64,000 nt of DNA from an uncultured Planctomycetaceae bacterium. GTDB lineage: Bacteria; Planctomycetota; Planctomycetia; Isosphaerales; Isosphaeraceae. Below, piece after piece: positions 1 to 10,521 of the stretch. Numbering within the stretch: position 1 is the stretch's first letter; the number at the start of each line of letters is the position of its first letter. The position numbers and the translations under genes were made by a program. The notes beneath the pieces were generated by a model, which saw nothing but the letters and a program-made list of their open reading frames with translations, had not been told where the DNA came from and searched no databases. Where the stretch lies: positions 1,472,001-1,536,000 of the forward strand of contig CAWIAD010000001.1 of NCBI GenBank assembly GCA_963833985.1. The letters run 5' to 3'.

Positions 1-1
1 C

Positions 2-24
2 AAGCCCTGGCGTGGGCTTTTTTC
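2..24 (+). terminator. Rho-independent terminator-like hairpin for a gene upstream of the window
   Basis: AAGCCC-tggcgt-GGGCTT followed by a T run; lies downstream of the converging MBL gene. Confidence 0.55.
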
Positions 25-88
25 TGCTAGGCCTGGGACGGGAACGGGTGGCGGCTTCCGCTTGATCCCCAGCCTTGCAGCGATGCCA

Positions 89-757
89 CTATGTCGCCCC
101 GGTATCCACCCGTTTCAGGAAACGGTCGAACTTGTTCATGTCGTTCAGCGGCGGTCCGTGCCCGAAGCAGAGAAGGCTCGGTCGCAGCTCCGCCAACCTG
201 CGGATCGAGCGGCGGTTTTCCTTCACGTCGGTACAGAAGAAGGCAGGCGGCTCGTGTAACCCCGGCCAGGCGGTCACCAGGTTCATGCCGTTCAGTACGT
301 CACCGATGACGGCGACCCGATCGGACTCCCGGAACAGGATGACGTGTCCAGGCGTATGCCCCGGTGCGTGAACCACACGGAAACCAGCCACCTCTTCACC
401 CTCCTGCAAAACATGGGCGACGGGGTGCGCCGGACCGGCCATGAGGCGTGAGGTGGTCCGCATGAAGGGGTTATCCGGCTGCATCGGTTGCTCTCCCTGC
501 ATCGTGGGCACATCGGCCGCATGGCACGCCAGGGGGATGGAATACCGCTCGCAGACCACGCGGGCACAGCCCTGGTGGTCGGGATGAACGTGGGTGAGGG
601 CAAGCATTGACAGCTTGCGGCCACCGAGTTGATGAAGAATCCGGCTGCTGGACCAGCGCGTCGCCGCGTCGATGAGGACGTCACCGATGAGGTAAACGTT
701 GATCGCATGGGGAGGAAAGCCGTCCAGTTGCCAGAGGTTCGGTGCCAGTTCACGCAT
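89..757 (-). CDS. MBL-fold metallo-hydrolase
   Basis: THVHPDHQG (HxHxDH), APGHTPGH, GD and GHG motifs; ATG at 757 preceded by GGAGGA. Confidence 0.9.
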   Translation of the reverse strand: MRELAPNLWQLDGFPPHAINVYLIGDVLIDAATRWSSSRILHQLGGRKLSMLALTHVHPDHQGCARVVCERYSIPLACHAADVPTMQGEQPMQPDNPFMRTTSRLMAGPAHPVAHVLQEGEEVAGFRVVHAPGHTPGHVILFRESDRVAVIGDVLNGMNLVTAWPGLHEPPAFFCTDVKENRRSIRRLAELRPSLLCFGHGPPLNDMNKFDRFLKRVDTGAT

Positions 758-1451
758 CAATGATCCTCCGGCCAGCCCGAGGCCGGTGACAGGACGTGCC
801 GCCTGCGACACGGTGCGAAGATAGGGAACCGGATCAGCACCGGCGCCGGACGTTCGTCCAGCCGGTCTCCACAGGCAGTCGAAGGGCAGAGTCGTTGCAC
901 GGCGGTCTCATTATCCCCGATCGAGTAACAGGGTGCGACCGCAACCACGACCGGTACGACCCGACGGACGACGTGCCGCTCATGGGCAGACGGGGCTCCG
1001 GTCAAAGATGAGGTCGGAACCAGGACAGTGCAGAGTCAGGAAAGGAGGGCCTGCGCCCGTGAAGCCCAGGCGCTCCAGCCAGTCGGCTGGCTGCACGCGT
1101 GGCCAACCGCCCTGTGCCGATGGGAGAACCTCAATCGCCGGCGTGGTCGCGATATCGCCGGCATTTCCGCCGTAAACTCAATATGACGGCAGAGCATGAG
1201 ATCGCATGACGTGCACGCTTCGGCCCGCGAGCCGATCGTGCCCGACGACTCTTTGACAATTCGGTGGATGGATGGACCAGCGTGCCGGCCCGGCGGCGCG
1301 CTGGTTCCGCTCTCTTGCCGGCCGGCAGAGGCGGTGCGTGGGACGGACAGAGCGCAAAACTCACGCAACGAAGCCATTGAAAAAACGGAAAAACGGCATG
1401 TAAGTGATAACCAGGAAAGGAGTAGCGTCCGATGGCTTCGATGCGCGAGGC

Positions 1452-1705
1452 CCGAGAACGAACCCAAACGTTCCCCGCCGTGAGGCCGACAAGCGACGGG
1501 AGAAAGAGCGCCGGTGCGACGGCACGAGCGCAGGGCCCGGCCACCCTGGCCGCCCGGGGGAATGCTGGAACGATAGTGTGGATCAGGCCGGGTTGTCACG
1601 CGCAAAACCGACAACGAACCCAATCAGGATTCCCAATCCAAACCATTGGCAATAAAGGACTAAGGTTCATCGAGCGGGGTGCGATCGGGCCGAGAACGAA
1701 CCCAA
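1452..1705 (+). repeat. Three dispersed copies of a 16-bp motif CCGA(G/C)AACGAACCCAA upstream of parA
   Basis: Copies at 1452-1467, 1608-1623 and 1690-1705; degenerate CAACGAAGCCA near 1366. Confidence 0.75.
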
Positions 1706-1907
1706 TTTGCCACTGTTCCGGTGGGGCCAAGGGTTCCGGCACTCCGGAGGATTCGCGGCGTCCGGGTGCGCTGGGGGGAGCTTTTCGGCCGTGGCCTGGG
1801 CGCATGCAACTTGTTCTTTACACTCTCTGGTCGAGTGCCTACCATCCGCGAAGTTCCGCGGCGAACAGGCCAGCGGTACGGAGGGTGCGCCATGGAGGGT
1901 GAAGACG

Positions 1908-2654
1908 ATGGCCAGGATCATCAGCGTGGCCAACCAAAAAGGGGGCGTGGGCAAGACCACGTCGGCCATCAACATCGCTGCCGGACTGGCGAAGTCCGGT
2001 CGCAGGGCGCTTGTGGTCGACGTCGACCCGCAATGCAACGCCACCAGCGGACTGGGTGTTGAGCCGGCCCAGCGTCATCCCTTGCTGGCGGGCAAGGCGC
2101 TGGCCGAGAGCGTGGTCGAGACGTCGCAACCGCGGCTTTTCGTTCTGCCCGGATCTCAGAGTCTCGCCGACGCCGACGCACTCTCGGCATCGAACCGGCA
2201 GCGCGCGTCGACGCTGCGGCAACAGCTCGCCGGTGAGCTCGGCCAGTTCGACTACGTGTTCATCGACTGTCCCCCCTCGACGGGTCAGCTCACACGCGCC
2301 GCTTTAGGATCATCTCACCAGATTTATATCCCGATCCAGTGCGAGTACTTCGCCATGGAAGGGCTTTCCCAGATCATCGAGCTTGCCAGGCAGACGAAGT
2401 CAAAAGATAACCATCGTTTGGAGATTGGGGGCATTGTCCTGACGATGTACGATCCCAGCCTGGAGTTGGCTAACGAGGTGGCCGGCGAGGTCCGACAGTA
2501 TTTCGATGAAACGGTCTTCGAAACACTGATCCCGCGCGACGTGAGCATCAGCGAGGCCCCCAGCCACGGGCTGAGCGTGCTTGAGTACGCGCCCCGGGCC
2601 CGTGGTGCGCGGGCGTACACGGAACTCGTCATGGAGGTCATCGACCGTGAATAA
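1908..2654 (+). CDS. parA: ParA/Soj family chromosome-partitioning ATPase
   Basis: ANQKGGVGKTT deviant Walker A, DVDPQCNAT, IDCPPS, PIQCEYFAMEG. Confidence 0.95.
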   Translation: MARIISVANQKGGVGKTTSAINIAAGLAKSGRRALVVDVDPQCNATSGLGVEPAQRHPLLAGKALAESVVETSQPRLFVLPGSQSLADADALSASNRQRASTLRQQLAGELGQFDYVFIDCPPSTGQLTRAALGSSHQIYIPIQCEYFAMEGLSQIIELARQTKSKDNHRLEIGGIVLTMYDPSLELANEVAGEVRQYFDETVFETLIPRDVSISEAPSHGLSVLEYAPRARGARAYTELVMEVIDRE

Positions 2655-3525
2655 GCGACGTTTGGGACGTGGACTGGAAGCCCTGCTAGGACGTGAGGAG
2701 GGTGGCTTCGAGCCGGGCTCGTTCGAGGGCTCCGAGCTGATGCACGTCGCGGTCGACCAGATTGACCCCAACCCTTACCAGCCGCGCCGGCATTTCCCCG
2801 CGGCGGAGATTGCCAGCCTGGCCGACTCGCTGCGGCAGCACGGCATGCTACAGCCCATCCTGGTGCGCTCGGTCGGCGAGCGCTTCCAGCTCATCGCCGG
2901 CGAGCGCAGGCTGCGGGCCAGCATTGAAGCCCAGCTCCACGAGATTCCCGCGCGGGTGATGGACCTGGACGACCAGCGCGTTTTCGAGCTGGCCATGGTG
3001 GAGAACCTTCAGCGCGAGGACCTGAACGCCGTCGACAAGGCCACGGCCTTTCGCGACTACCTGGGCCGCTATGGCGGTACGCAAGAAGAGCTGGCGGGGC
3101 GGCTGGGCCTGGATCGGTCGACCCTGTCGAACTTGATCCGCCTGCTCGAGTTGCCCGACGAGGTGCTGGCTGCCGTGCGTGACAGCGAGGTCACCCCGGG
3201 CCACGCCCGCGCGCTGCTGGGCCTGCCCGACGCCGACACCCAGCGCGCCGCCTGCCGGCGGATCATCGCCGAGAGCCTGTCGGTGCGCCAGACCGAGGCC
3301 CTTGTCGCCACCGGCATCCCCACTCCAGCCCGGCCGCGCATCCGCCGTGATCCGGCCCACCAGACCGATGCCAGGCCGCCCCACGTGCTGGAGCTGGAAC
3401 AGCACCTGCACCAGCGGTTCGGCACCACGGTGCTGATCCGGGCGCGAACGCAGGGGCGCGGGCAAATCATCATCGATTACAACTCGCAGGAAGAGTTTGA
3501 TCGCGTCACGGCCATGATCCGCTGA
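2647..3525 (+). CDS. parB: ParB/Spo0J partition protein
   Basis: LGRGLEALL, NPYQPR, AGERRLRA, ENLQREDL, HTH; GTG start overlaps the parA stop. Confidence 0.95.
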   Translation: MNKRRLGRGLEALLGREEGGFEPGSFEGSELMHVAVDQIDPNPYQPRRHFPAAEIASLADSLRQHGMLQPILVRSVGERFQLIAGERRLRASIEAQLHEIPARVMDLDDQRVFELAMVENLQREDLNAVDKATAFRDYLGRYGGTQEELAGRLGLDRSTLSNLIRLLELPDEVLAAVRDSEVTPGHARALLGLPDADTQRAACRRIIAESLSVRQTEALVATGIPTPARPRIRRDPAHQTDARPPHVLELEQHLHQRFGTTVLIRARTQGRGQIIIDYNSQEEFDRVTAMIR

Positions 3526-3879
3526 ACGGCGAGCGCGGGCGGAAGACCACCCGGGTAGCCTTCGTCGAGCTTCTCCGCTCCCCCGATCGCGCGCCGGATC
3601 GGTCCGGGCGACGTGCACGAAGGCGAAAGGTGTCGAGGTGGGTCTGGCATCCTTGCTCGACCCACCCGACGATTCTCCACGAGGGATCAAGTTTTTCTCA
3701 CCGCGGGCTCATGAACATGCACTTCCAGCGGATCACCGTCGGTGACTCATGTGCGGGATTGTCATCCCGTCAACTCGTGACTGGAGTGATGCGAGCGTTC
3801 GTCCGGTGGCAGGAGCATGGAGCTTCCACGGGCAACGCTCGTGCCGGCCGGTCGCACTGATTGGGACGGTCAGCCAGGA

Positions 3880-4356
3880 TCAACAGCGTCGTGGCCGGCT
3901 GACCAGGATTCGAGCCAGAGGGGCAATACGCGGACTGGAAGCGGCGTTCAGGTGGTCGAGCAGGTCAAGTCCCGCGTTGCCGATCCTGGGAGGAAACGCA
4001 CAAGGGTTTTCCTCGAGATTCTCGCATCCTTCCGCCGGTGACGCGTTCTCCCAAAAGCCATTGATCGGCAGGCTCTCGAACTGAGAAGCCGCGGCAGCCG
4101 ATTCCAGGGCCAGGTCCGCGGCAGCCTGCGCGGCCAGGCCAGCCGAACGATGATCGTGCACGACCACGGACCCCAGCACCAGCGCGAGCAGGAGCGCACA
4201 CGTCCCGAGCGCGGTGATGAGTTCGTCATGCGATGGCTTGTGGTGGCGTTGACTCAATGGAACGTCTACCCTGGTGTTTGCCGGCCCATTCCGTGAGTTT
4301 GCAACAGGGGCATGCTTCAGGCGGGAGCGCGACGGTCGATCCGGAACGTGCGACAC
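3880..4356 (-). CDS. Hypothetical protein with one hydrophobic segment (start uncertain)
   Basis: ELITALGTCALLLALVLGSVVV TM-like stretch; no family motif recognised. Confidence 0.3.
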   Translation of the reverse strand: MSHVPDRPSRSRLKHAPVANSRNGPANTRVDVPLSQRHHKPSHDELITALGTCALLLALVLGSVVVHDHRSAGLAAQAAADLALESAAAASQFESLPINGFWENASPAEGCENLEENPCAFPPRIGNAGLDLLDHLNAASSPRIAPLARILVSRPRRC

Positions 4357-4500
4357 GGCTTTCGTGAATCTTTCTACCTTGAGAACAGGCGAGCGTCAAG
4401 AAATCATTGTAAGGAATCGAGCAAGGCGAGCGCGGGATGCCGTCCGGAAGCCAGTACCATGAGCTCCGGCCGCTGGGACAGGTTTCACCGGTTCCGGCCG

Positions 4501-4583
4501 CGTGGGACAAGATGCCCATCCTGTCGCTTAAATAGAAAAATGAAAGGATCATTGAAGAGACAAGAACGGAATCTTGTCCCACG
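4501..4583. repeat. REP-like inverted doublet
   Basis: CGTGGGACAAGAT (4501-4513) and its exact reverse complement (4571-4583), each with an internal GACAAG..C(C/T)TGTC hairpin, flanking an AT-rich spacer. Confidence 0.7.
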
Positions 4584-4856
4584 GGCGAGGCTTGACGTCA
4601 GCGGGTGAGGCTCCTCGGCGGTACGTCCGTTCCAGCGGTCTGATCCCTGTGATTCCGCTTTCTGTGGTCACATGGGAAACGGGCGTGCCTGGCGAGCCGC
4701 GATGCGAGGCTGGCTTGACAATCGGCCGTACCGAGCAGAAGTATGGCCATGACGAGGGGGACCAGAGATCTCTCCGGCCGGGCCGCCGCCAGCGGTCGGT
4801 GGCGGAGCCCGGTGCGCAATCCCGCGGGAAGCTTCACGGCCTTCAGAAAGCGAGCC

Positions 4857-7410
4857 ATGGTGAACGAGGGTGCCCTGGAGCAAGAAGTGCGGAGCGAGGT
4901 GGACGACAGCCTGGCGGAGCGAAGACTTTCGTCGTCTCAGAAGCCGGAGTTGCTCTCGCCGGCGGGCGACCGGACGTGCCTGCTCGCGGCCGTGGAGAAC
5001 GGTGCCGATGCGGTTTACTTCGGGCTGCGGCGTCACAATGCGCGGATCCGGGCGGCGAACTTCGACGGGGCCGAGCTTGACGAGGTGATGGCCTTGCTCC
5101 ATCGCCGAGGGGTCCGCGGGTATGTCACTCTCAACACGCTGGTCTTTCCCGGCGAGCTCGAGCAGGTGGAGCAGACCGTACGAGAGCTGGCCGAGGCCGG
5201 CGTCGACGCCGTGATCATCCAGGACCTGGGGCTCGCCAGGCTGATCCGTGCGGTCACGCCCCACCTGGAGATGCACGCCTCGACCCAGATGTCGATCACC
5301 AGCGGTGAAGGGATCCGCCTTGCCGCCGAGCTGGGCTGCGCGGGTGATCCTGGCACGCGAGCTGTCCCTCGAAGAGGTTCACAAGATTCGCAGCCAGGCG
5401 TGCTTACCTGTCGAGGTCTTTGTCCATGGGGCTCTCTGCGTGGCGTATTCCGGCCAGTGCCTGACCAGCGAGGCGCTGGGCGGCCGGTCGGCCAACCGCG
5501 GCGAGTGCGCCCAGGCCTGCCGCATGCCCTACGAGATCGTTTGCGATGGCCAGCGCGTTGACCTGGGCAAGACGCAGTATCTGCTGAGCCCGCAGGACCT
5601 GGCAGCCTACGACCTGGTTCCCCGGCTGATCGAGCTGGGCGTGCACAGTTTGAAGATCGAGGGCCGTCTCAAGTCCGCCGAGTACGTCGCCAATATCACG
5701 CGGCACTACCGCCAGGCCATTGACGCGGCATGGGCCGGGCAGCCTGTCGCGTTCACCCCGCGCGATGTCGAGGAGATGCAGCTTTCGTTCTCGCGCGGGT
5801 TCAGCCACGGCTTCCTTGACGGCAACAACCACAAGGTGCTGGTCCGCGGCGATTACGCCAAGAAGCGCGGGGTCTTCGTCGGCCGGGTGGAATCAATCAC
5901 GCGGTCGGGCGTGCGGCTCGTTTGCGAGACCACGATCAAGCCAGGCGACGGGGTCGTGTTCGACGGTGACGAGACCGGCGCGGGGCTCGAGCAGGGCGGG
6001 CGCGTTTACGAGGTCTTCGAGCAATCCCGGGGCCGCGTCGAGCTGCGCTTCGGCCGCGACGCCATCGACCTCAGCCAGGTCATTGCCGGCCAGGGCGTCT
6101 GGAAGACCGACGACCCGGCGCTCTCGGCCCGGCTACGGCGCTCGTTCGAGGGACCGCCGACCCGCCTGGTCGACGTGGACATGGCCGTTCACGCCGAGAC
6201 GGGGGAAGCCCTGGAAATCGTGGCGACCACGGACCTGGGGCATCGGGCCGAAACGCGCTGCGGCGAACGGCTGGCCGTGGCACGGTCACAGCCCGCCGAT
6301 GTCTCGCTCCTGCGCGACCAGCTTGGCCGGCTGGGCGGCACGATCTACCGGCTACGCCGGCTGGATGCGACCATCACCGGTCAGCCCATGATACCCAGGA
6401 GCCTGCTCAACCAGGTGCGCCGGGACCTCGTGAGCCGGCTCGAACGTGCGGCCGCGATGGCTCCCGGCCGGACCCTGGCCGTGGAGCCCGTTCTTCCCGT
6501 GCTGCTGGCACCCCTCCTCCAGGAGCGGCAGAGGCAGCGCCACGAGGCGGCGCAATCGTCGGCCGCCGGTGCCCCGGAGCTCACGGTACTGTGTCGCCGG
6601 ATCGACCAGATGGAAGCGGCGATTGGCCAGGGCATTGGCAGCATCTATGCCGATTTCCAGGATATCAAAAAGTATGCCCAGGCCGTCTCCGTGGCCCGTC
6701 GCGGCGGCGCGGCAGTCTTTCTGGCGACGCCGCGGATCGAGAAACCGTTCGAGGCCAACCTGTTTGGATACCTGGCGAAGCAGGGGTCCGACGGCCTGCT
6801 GGTGCGCAACGCCGGCGGGCTCGACCATTGCGCCAGGCGGTCGATCCCGATGGTGGCCGATTTCTCGCTCAACGCCGCCAACCCGCTGTCCGTCCAGCTT
6901 CTGAAGGAGCGAGGAGCGCTGCGCGTGACGGCCTCGTACGACCTCAATGCCGCCCAGCTTTTCGACCTGATCGACGCCGTCCCGCCAGACTGGATCGAGC
7001 TGGTGATCCATCAGCATATCCCCATGTTCCACATGGAGCATTGCGTCTTCTGCGCGTTCCTGTCTGCCGGCACCGATCACACGAACTGCGGCCGGCCCTG
7101 CGACGTCCACGACGTGAAGCTGCGCGACCGCGTGGGAGTGGAGCATCCGCTCAAGGCCGATGTCGGCTGCCGCAATACCCTGTTCAACGCCGTTCCCCAG
7201 ACCGCGGCCGAGTTCCTGCCACGGCTCATCGCCCACGGTGCACGACACCTGCGGATCGAGTTTCTCGATGATCCGGCCGAACAGGTGGAGCGGACCATCG
7301 GACTGTACCGCGCTGCGCTCCTGGGCCAGGGGGACCCGCGCACGCTCTGGCGCGAGTTGAAGGCCAGCAACCAGTACGGCGTCACCCGCGGGCCGCTGAG
7401 CGTGCTCTGA
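4857..7410 (+). CDS. U32-family peptidase-like protein (RlhA-type RNA hydroxylation family, DUF3656), frameshift at ~5340
   Basis: KPELLSPAG, ADAVYFG and HASTQMS in one frame, then RVILAREL, CVAYSGQC, NRGECAQACR, LKIEGR and FSRGF in the next; restoring CG in GGCTGCGC[GC]GGGTG joins them. Confidence 0.88.
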
Positions 7411-7494
7411 GAAGGGCGGCAGGCCAGGTGCCGCGAGGCAACACCGGGTGGTCAGCGCACCCAGGATGCGAAGGTCACGCAAACGGGGTTCCGG

Positions 7495-8766
7495 TCAGTC
7501 CCGGTAGGGATGCCGCAGCTCGAACATGGCCTGGCGGACTCGATAGGTTCGTGCGGACTTGTCGGTGCGCGGGGTGAGCTGGACGGCACGCGTTTCCCAC
7601 TTCGCGGCGGAGGCGTAATCGCCGGCCTCGGCACAGGCGGCGGCCAGGGCGTCCAGGCAATCGGGGCTGTTCCAGTGGGTCAGCTCGCAGGCCATCGTGC
7701 CTTCCCGCACGCCCCTGGGACCGTCGCGGAAGGCCGGGTTGCGGCAGGTGGCCAGCAGCCACGCGAGCTCTCTCCGCGGGGTGGGGTCATCCGCTTCCAC
7801 GCGGATTGCCTCGGCGTCGTCATCGATGGCGCGAGCGTACTCGGCCCGCTTCTTCCAGGCCCTGGCGCGGAGCACCAGCGGCATGGCGTCGTTCGGGTCC
7901 AGCTCATGGGCCCTGGTGAACTCGGCGATGGCCGCACCCGACTGGAGGTCGAGCAGGAACGCCTCGCCACGCGCCATGTAAACGGCCGGGTCGTTGGGAC
8001 GCTGCTGCAAGACCAACGCGTAGTCGGCCATGGCCTGGTTGTGCCGGCCGTGGATCGAGCAGACCTTCGCCCGCGTCATCACCAGCGACATGTTCTCAGG
8101 ATCTCGGCGGATGGCTTCCGTCAGGTCGTCGAAGGCATTCTCGAAGAACCTGCGCGCGTCCCAGGCCAGCCCGCGGTCGCGATAGGCCACGGCCATATTC
8201 GGATCAAGCCGGATCGATTCCGAGAATGCGGCAATGGCCGGCTGGTGCTGCTGCTTGCCGGCCAGTGCGACGCCGCGCAGGTGATGGTTCCTGGCTTCCC
8301 TGGGTGCCAGCCTGATCGCCGCGTCGATGTCGGCCAGGGCGCGGTCCCACTGGTGCTGTTCCAGCCAGACACACGCTCGCGCCTGGTAAGCCTGGGCATC
8401 CTTCGGGTTCGCATTGATCTTGCCGCTGAAATAGTCGGCGGCTTGCTCCAGCGGCAAGACCCGGTCGCGCTCCACCCAGCCGCGAATCATTCCGTCCTCG
8501 GCCGAGACGTCGACGTAGCCATTGCCCAGCCGCTCGACCCTGAAGACGCGCCTGCCCCGGCTGGAGATCTTCCGGTCGCCGTCGAGCAGCAGCGCACCGG
8601 GCTCGGCGAGCACGACGTCGACCCCGACCTCGAGCCCCCCTCGGGCCGACAGGTTGGAAGGCTCGTCGCCCGCCCGAAGTGTCGCCGTCAGAAGGACTCC
8701 GGCCGCGACAACAAGTGCTGATGCCGCGCTTCTCAGGAGTATCTTGCCCAAATCTCCTTCCCTCAT
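7495..8766 (-). CDS. Secreted TPR-repeat protein with an N-terminal SH3-like segment
   Basis: Signal-peptide-like N-terminus; tandem TPRs (AIRLAP, SIRLDP, AHELDP); C-terminal LAWLLATC..RDG..LDALAAACAEAG motif. Confidence 0.85.
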   Translation of the reverse strand: MREGDLGKILLRSAASALVVAAGVLLTATLRAGDEPSNLSARGGLEVGVDVVLAEPGALLLDGDRKISSRGRRVFRVERLGNGYVDVSAEDGMIRGWVERDRVLPLEQAADYFSGKINANPKDAQAYQARACVWLEQHQWDRALADIDAAIRLAPREARNHHLRGVALAGKQQHQPAIAAFSESIRLDPNMAVAYRDRGLAWDARRFFENAFDDLTEAIRRDPENMSLVMTRAKVCSIHGRHNQAMADYALVLQQRPNDPAVYMARGEAFLLDLQSGAAIAEFTRAHELDPNDAMPLVLRARAWKKRAEYARAIDDDAEAIRVEADDPTPRRELAWLLATCRNPAFRDGPRGVREGTMACELTHWNSPDCLDALAAACAEAGDYASAAKWETRAVQLTPRTDKSARTYRVRQAMFELRHPYRD

Positions 8767-8866
8767 GGATCCACCTTGCGGCCATGGGTCGTGCCATCAG
8801 ATCGTATACTGAATAAAAGCGGCAATCGGCCAGTGATCGCGCCCGGAAAGAACAGTGGTCCCGTGG

Positions 8867-10294
8867 TCACGGAGTCGAGTCATCTCGCTGGGCTTCCTGC
8901 CAGATCGGTCCGTACACGTCCTTATCGAAGGGAGGGCAGCCAGTGGGGAACTGGCCCAGCTCATTATGCTTGGAGCGCATGAGCGCCGTGCAATAGCTGA
9001 AGGTGCGGCAGAGGCGTCTGGAGTCGAGACTTTTCCCGGTCATGATCGAGCGAGCCATATCGGGTTGCGAGAGAGCGCCCCGTCCAATGCCCACCAGAGT
9101 GGCGCGTCCCGTCCGCAGGTTCGCGGCGCCGGCCTGGGGAGCGAATGCTTGCAGCCAGCTATAGCCGGAACCGACCACGGCCAGGTCCGGGTAGGCCATC
9201 TGGACTTCCGCCGTCAGCCGGAAATGCCGGTCCACGCCGATGAGGGGATGCTCGGGGGTCTCGTAGCCGTCTGGCGGAGGGTACTCGAACGGTCTCAGAA
9301 GGTGCGGGCTGGCATAGGGGTTGCCCAGTGTCACGTTCAGAAGCGAGAGCCCGAGAGCGCGGAGCTTGCCGACCAGGGCGACTGGCTCGGCCAGGTCGGG
9401 CTCGGATGGATGATCGTCGCGCCCGCCCCAGCAGGACAGAACCGGCCCGGCCGCAGGCGCGGGCACGCCCACGCCGCTTGGCCCCTTCGTGTACGGCAAA
9501 CCGTCATGGACGTTGAGCCGGGTGGCGATGATCCGGCCGGGGTTCTCGTCGCGCAGTCGTGCCACGAGCGTACAGATCCACCGCGTGCGGTTTTCGAGGG
9601 AGCCGCCGTACTTGCCGGGCCTCGTCCGCGCGGCCAGCAGCTCGTTGAGCAGGTACCGGTGGCATTGCTTCAGGTCGACGAAGTCGAAGCCGATACGGTA
9701 GGCCAGGCGAGCGGCTTCCGCGTAGTGGTCGAGCAGCCGGTCCAGGGCGCCATCGTCGAGCAGGGGTGTGTCCGCGGACGCCGTGGCGCCTGTGGTGCGA
9801 TCGAGGACCGTCCGCGCATCCAGCAAGGGATCGTGCTGGGCGAGGATGGGCCGGGGGTAGGAATAGCGGCCAGAATGGGTCAGTTGCAGGCCGATCAGCA
9901 GGTCGTCGTCCGATCCGCAGGCTGCGAGGTGGGCCTGGCGGCATGCCGTGACGATTCCGGCCAGCGCGGGGGCCGTTCCCTCGTTGATCACGAGCTGTCG
10001 CGGATTGGCCCTGGCCTCCGGGACCACGGCGCAGGCCTCGCCCCAGATCAGCTTGGCGCCCCCCGCTCCGAACCGCTGGTAGCGCCTCAGGGTGAGCTCG
10101 CCGGGGGTGCCGTCGGGGTTGGCGTCGCACCCTTCCATCGGCTGGATCGCCAATCGATTGCCGATCTTCCGTCCGCCCACGATGAGCGGCCGGCGCAGCG
10201 GCGCCAGGTCGTCATCCAGCTCGATCGTCAGGCCAAGCCGGTGTGCGTCATCCCGCAGGGGCTGGCTGGACTTGTACTTGAAGTAGCGCGACAC
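8867..10294 (-). CDS. NADH:flavin oxidoreductase / Old Yellow Enzyme family
   Basis: NRLAIQPMEG, QLTHSGR, DLKQCHRYLLNELL, YGGSLENRTR; C-terminal CRTFSYC. Confidence 0.88.
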   Translation of the reverse strand: MSRYFKYKSSQPLRDDAHRLGLTIELDDDLAPLRRPLIVGGRKIGNRLAIQPMEGCDANPDGTPGELTLRRYQRFGAGGAKLIWGEACAVVPEARANPRQLVINEGTAPALAGIVTACRQAHLAACGSDDDLLIGLQLTHSGRYSYPRPILAQHDPLLDARTVLDRTTGATASADTPLLDDGALDRLLDHYAEAARLAYRIGFDFVDLKQCHRYLLNELLAARTRPGKYGGSLENRTRWICTLVARLRDENPGRIIATRLNVHDGLPYTKGPSGVGVPAPAAGPVLSCWGGRDDHPSEPDLAEPVALVGKLRALGLSLLNVTLGNPYASPHLLRPFEYPPPDGYETPEHPLIGVDRHFRLTAEVQMAYPDLAVVGSGYSWLQAFAPQAGAANLRTGRATLVGIGRGALSQPDMARSIMTGKSLDSRRLCRTFSYCTALMRSKHNELGQFPTGCPPFDKDVYGPIWQEAQRDDSTP

Positions 10295-10521
10295 CGTCGT
10301 TTCACCTCGGTTCCCGGCATTCTCAGCGCAGCCGTCGGGGCGAAGTCGCGGCCCCGAGCTTCTGCCATGGTGGCGTGCGGGCCGAGCGTCCGCAAGCCCG
10401 TCCCGAGGGCACGGCTCTCAGGCCGGGTGCCGCGATTCGCCGGCTTGACGAGCCCAATCCGCTCGCCCTAGAGTGAGATGAGGCCGATGATCACGAACCC
10501 GTGAAGTCCGCGGAGACTGAC

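Noticed and set aside
4260..4340. Possible c-di-GMP riboswitch (GGCAAAC on the minus strand)
   Set aside because: The remaining conserved GEMM elements could not be placed.
5335..5345. Programmed ribosomal frameshift in the U32 gene
   Set aside because: No slippery heptamer; the same dinucleotide-loss pattern recurs in unrelated genes.
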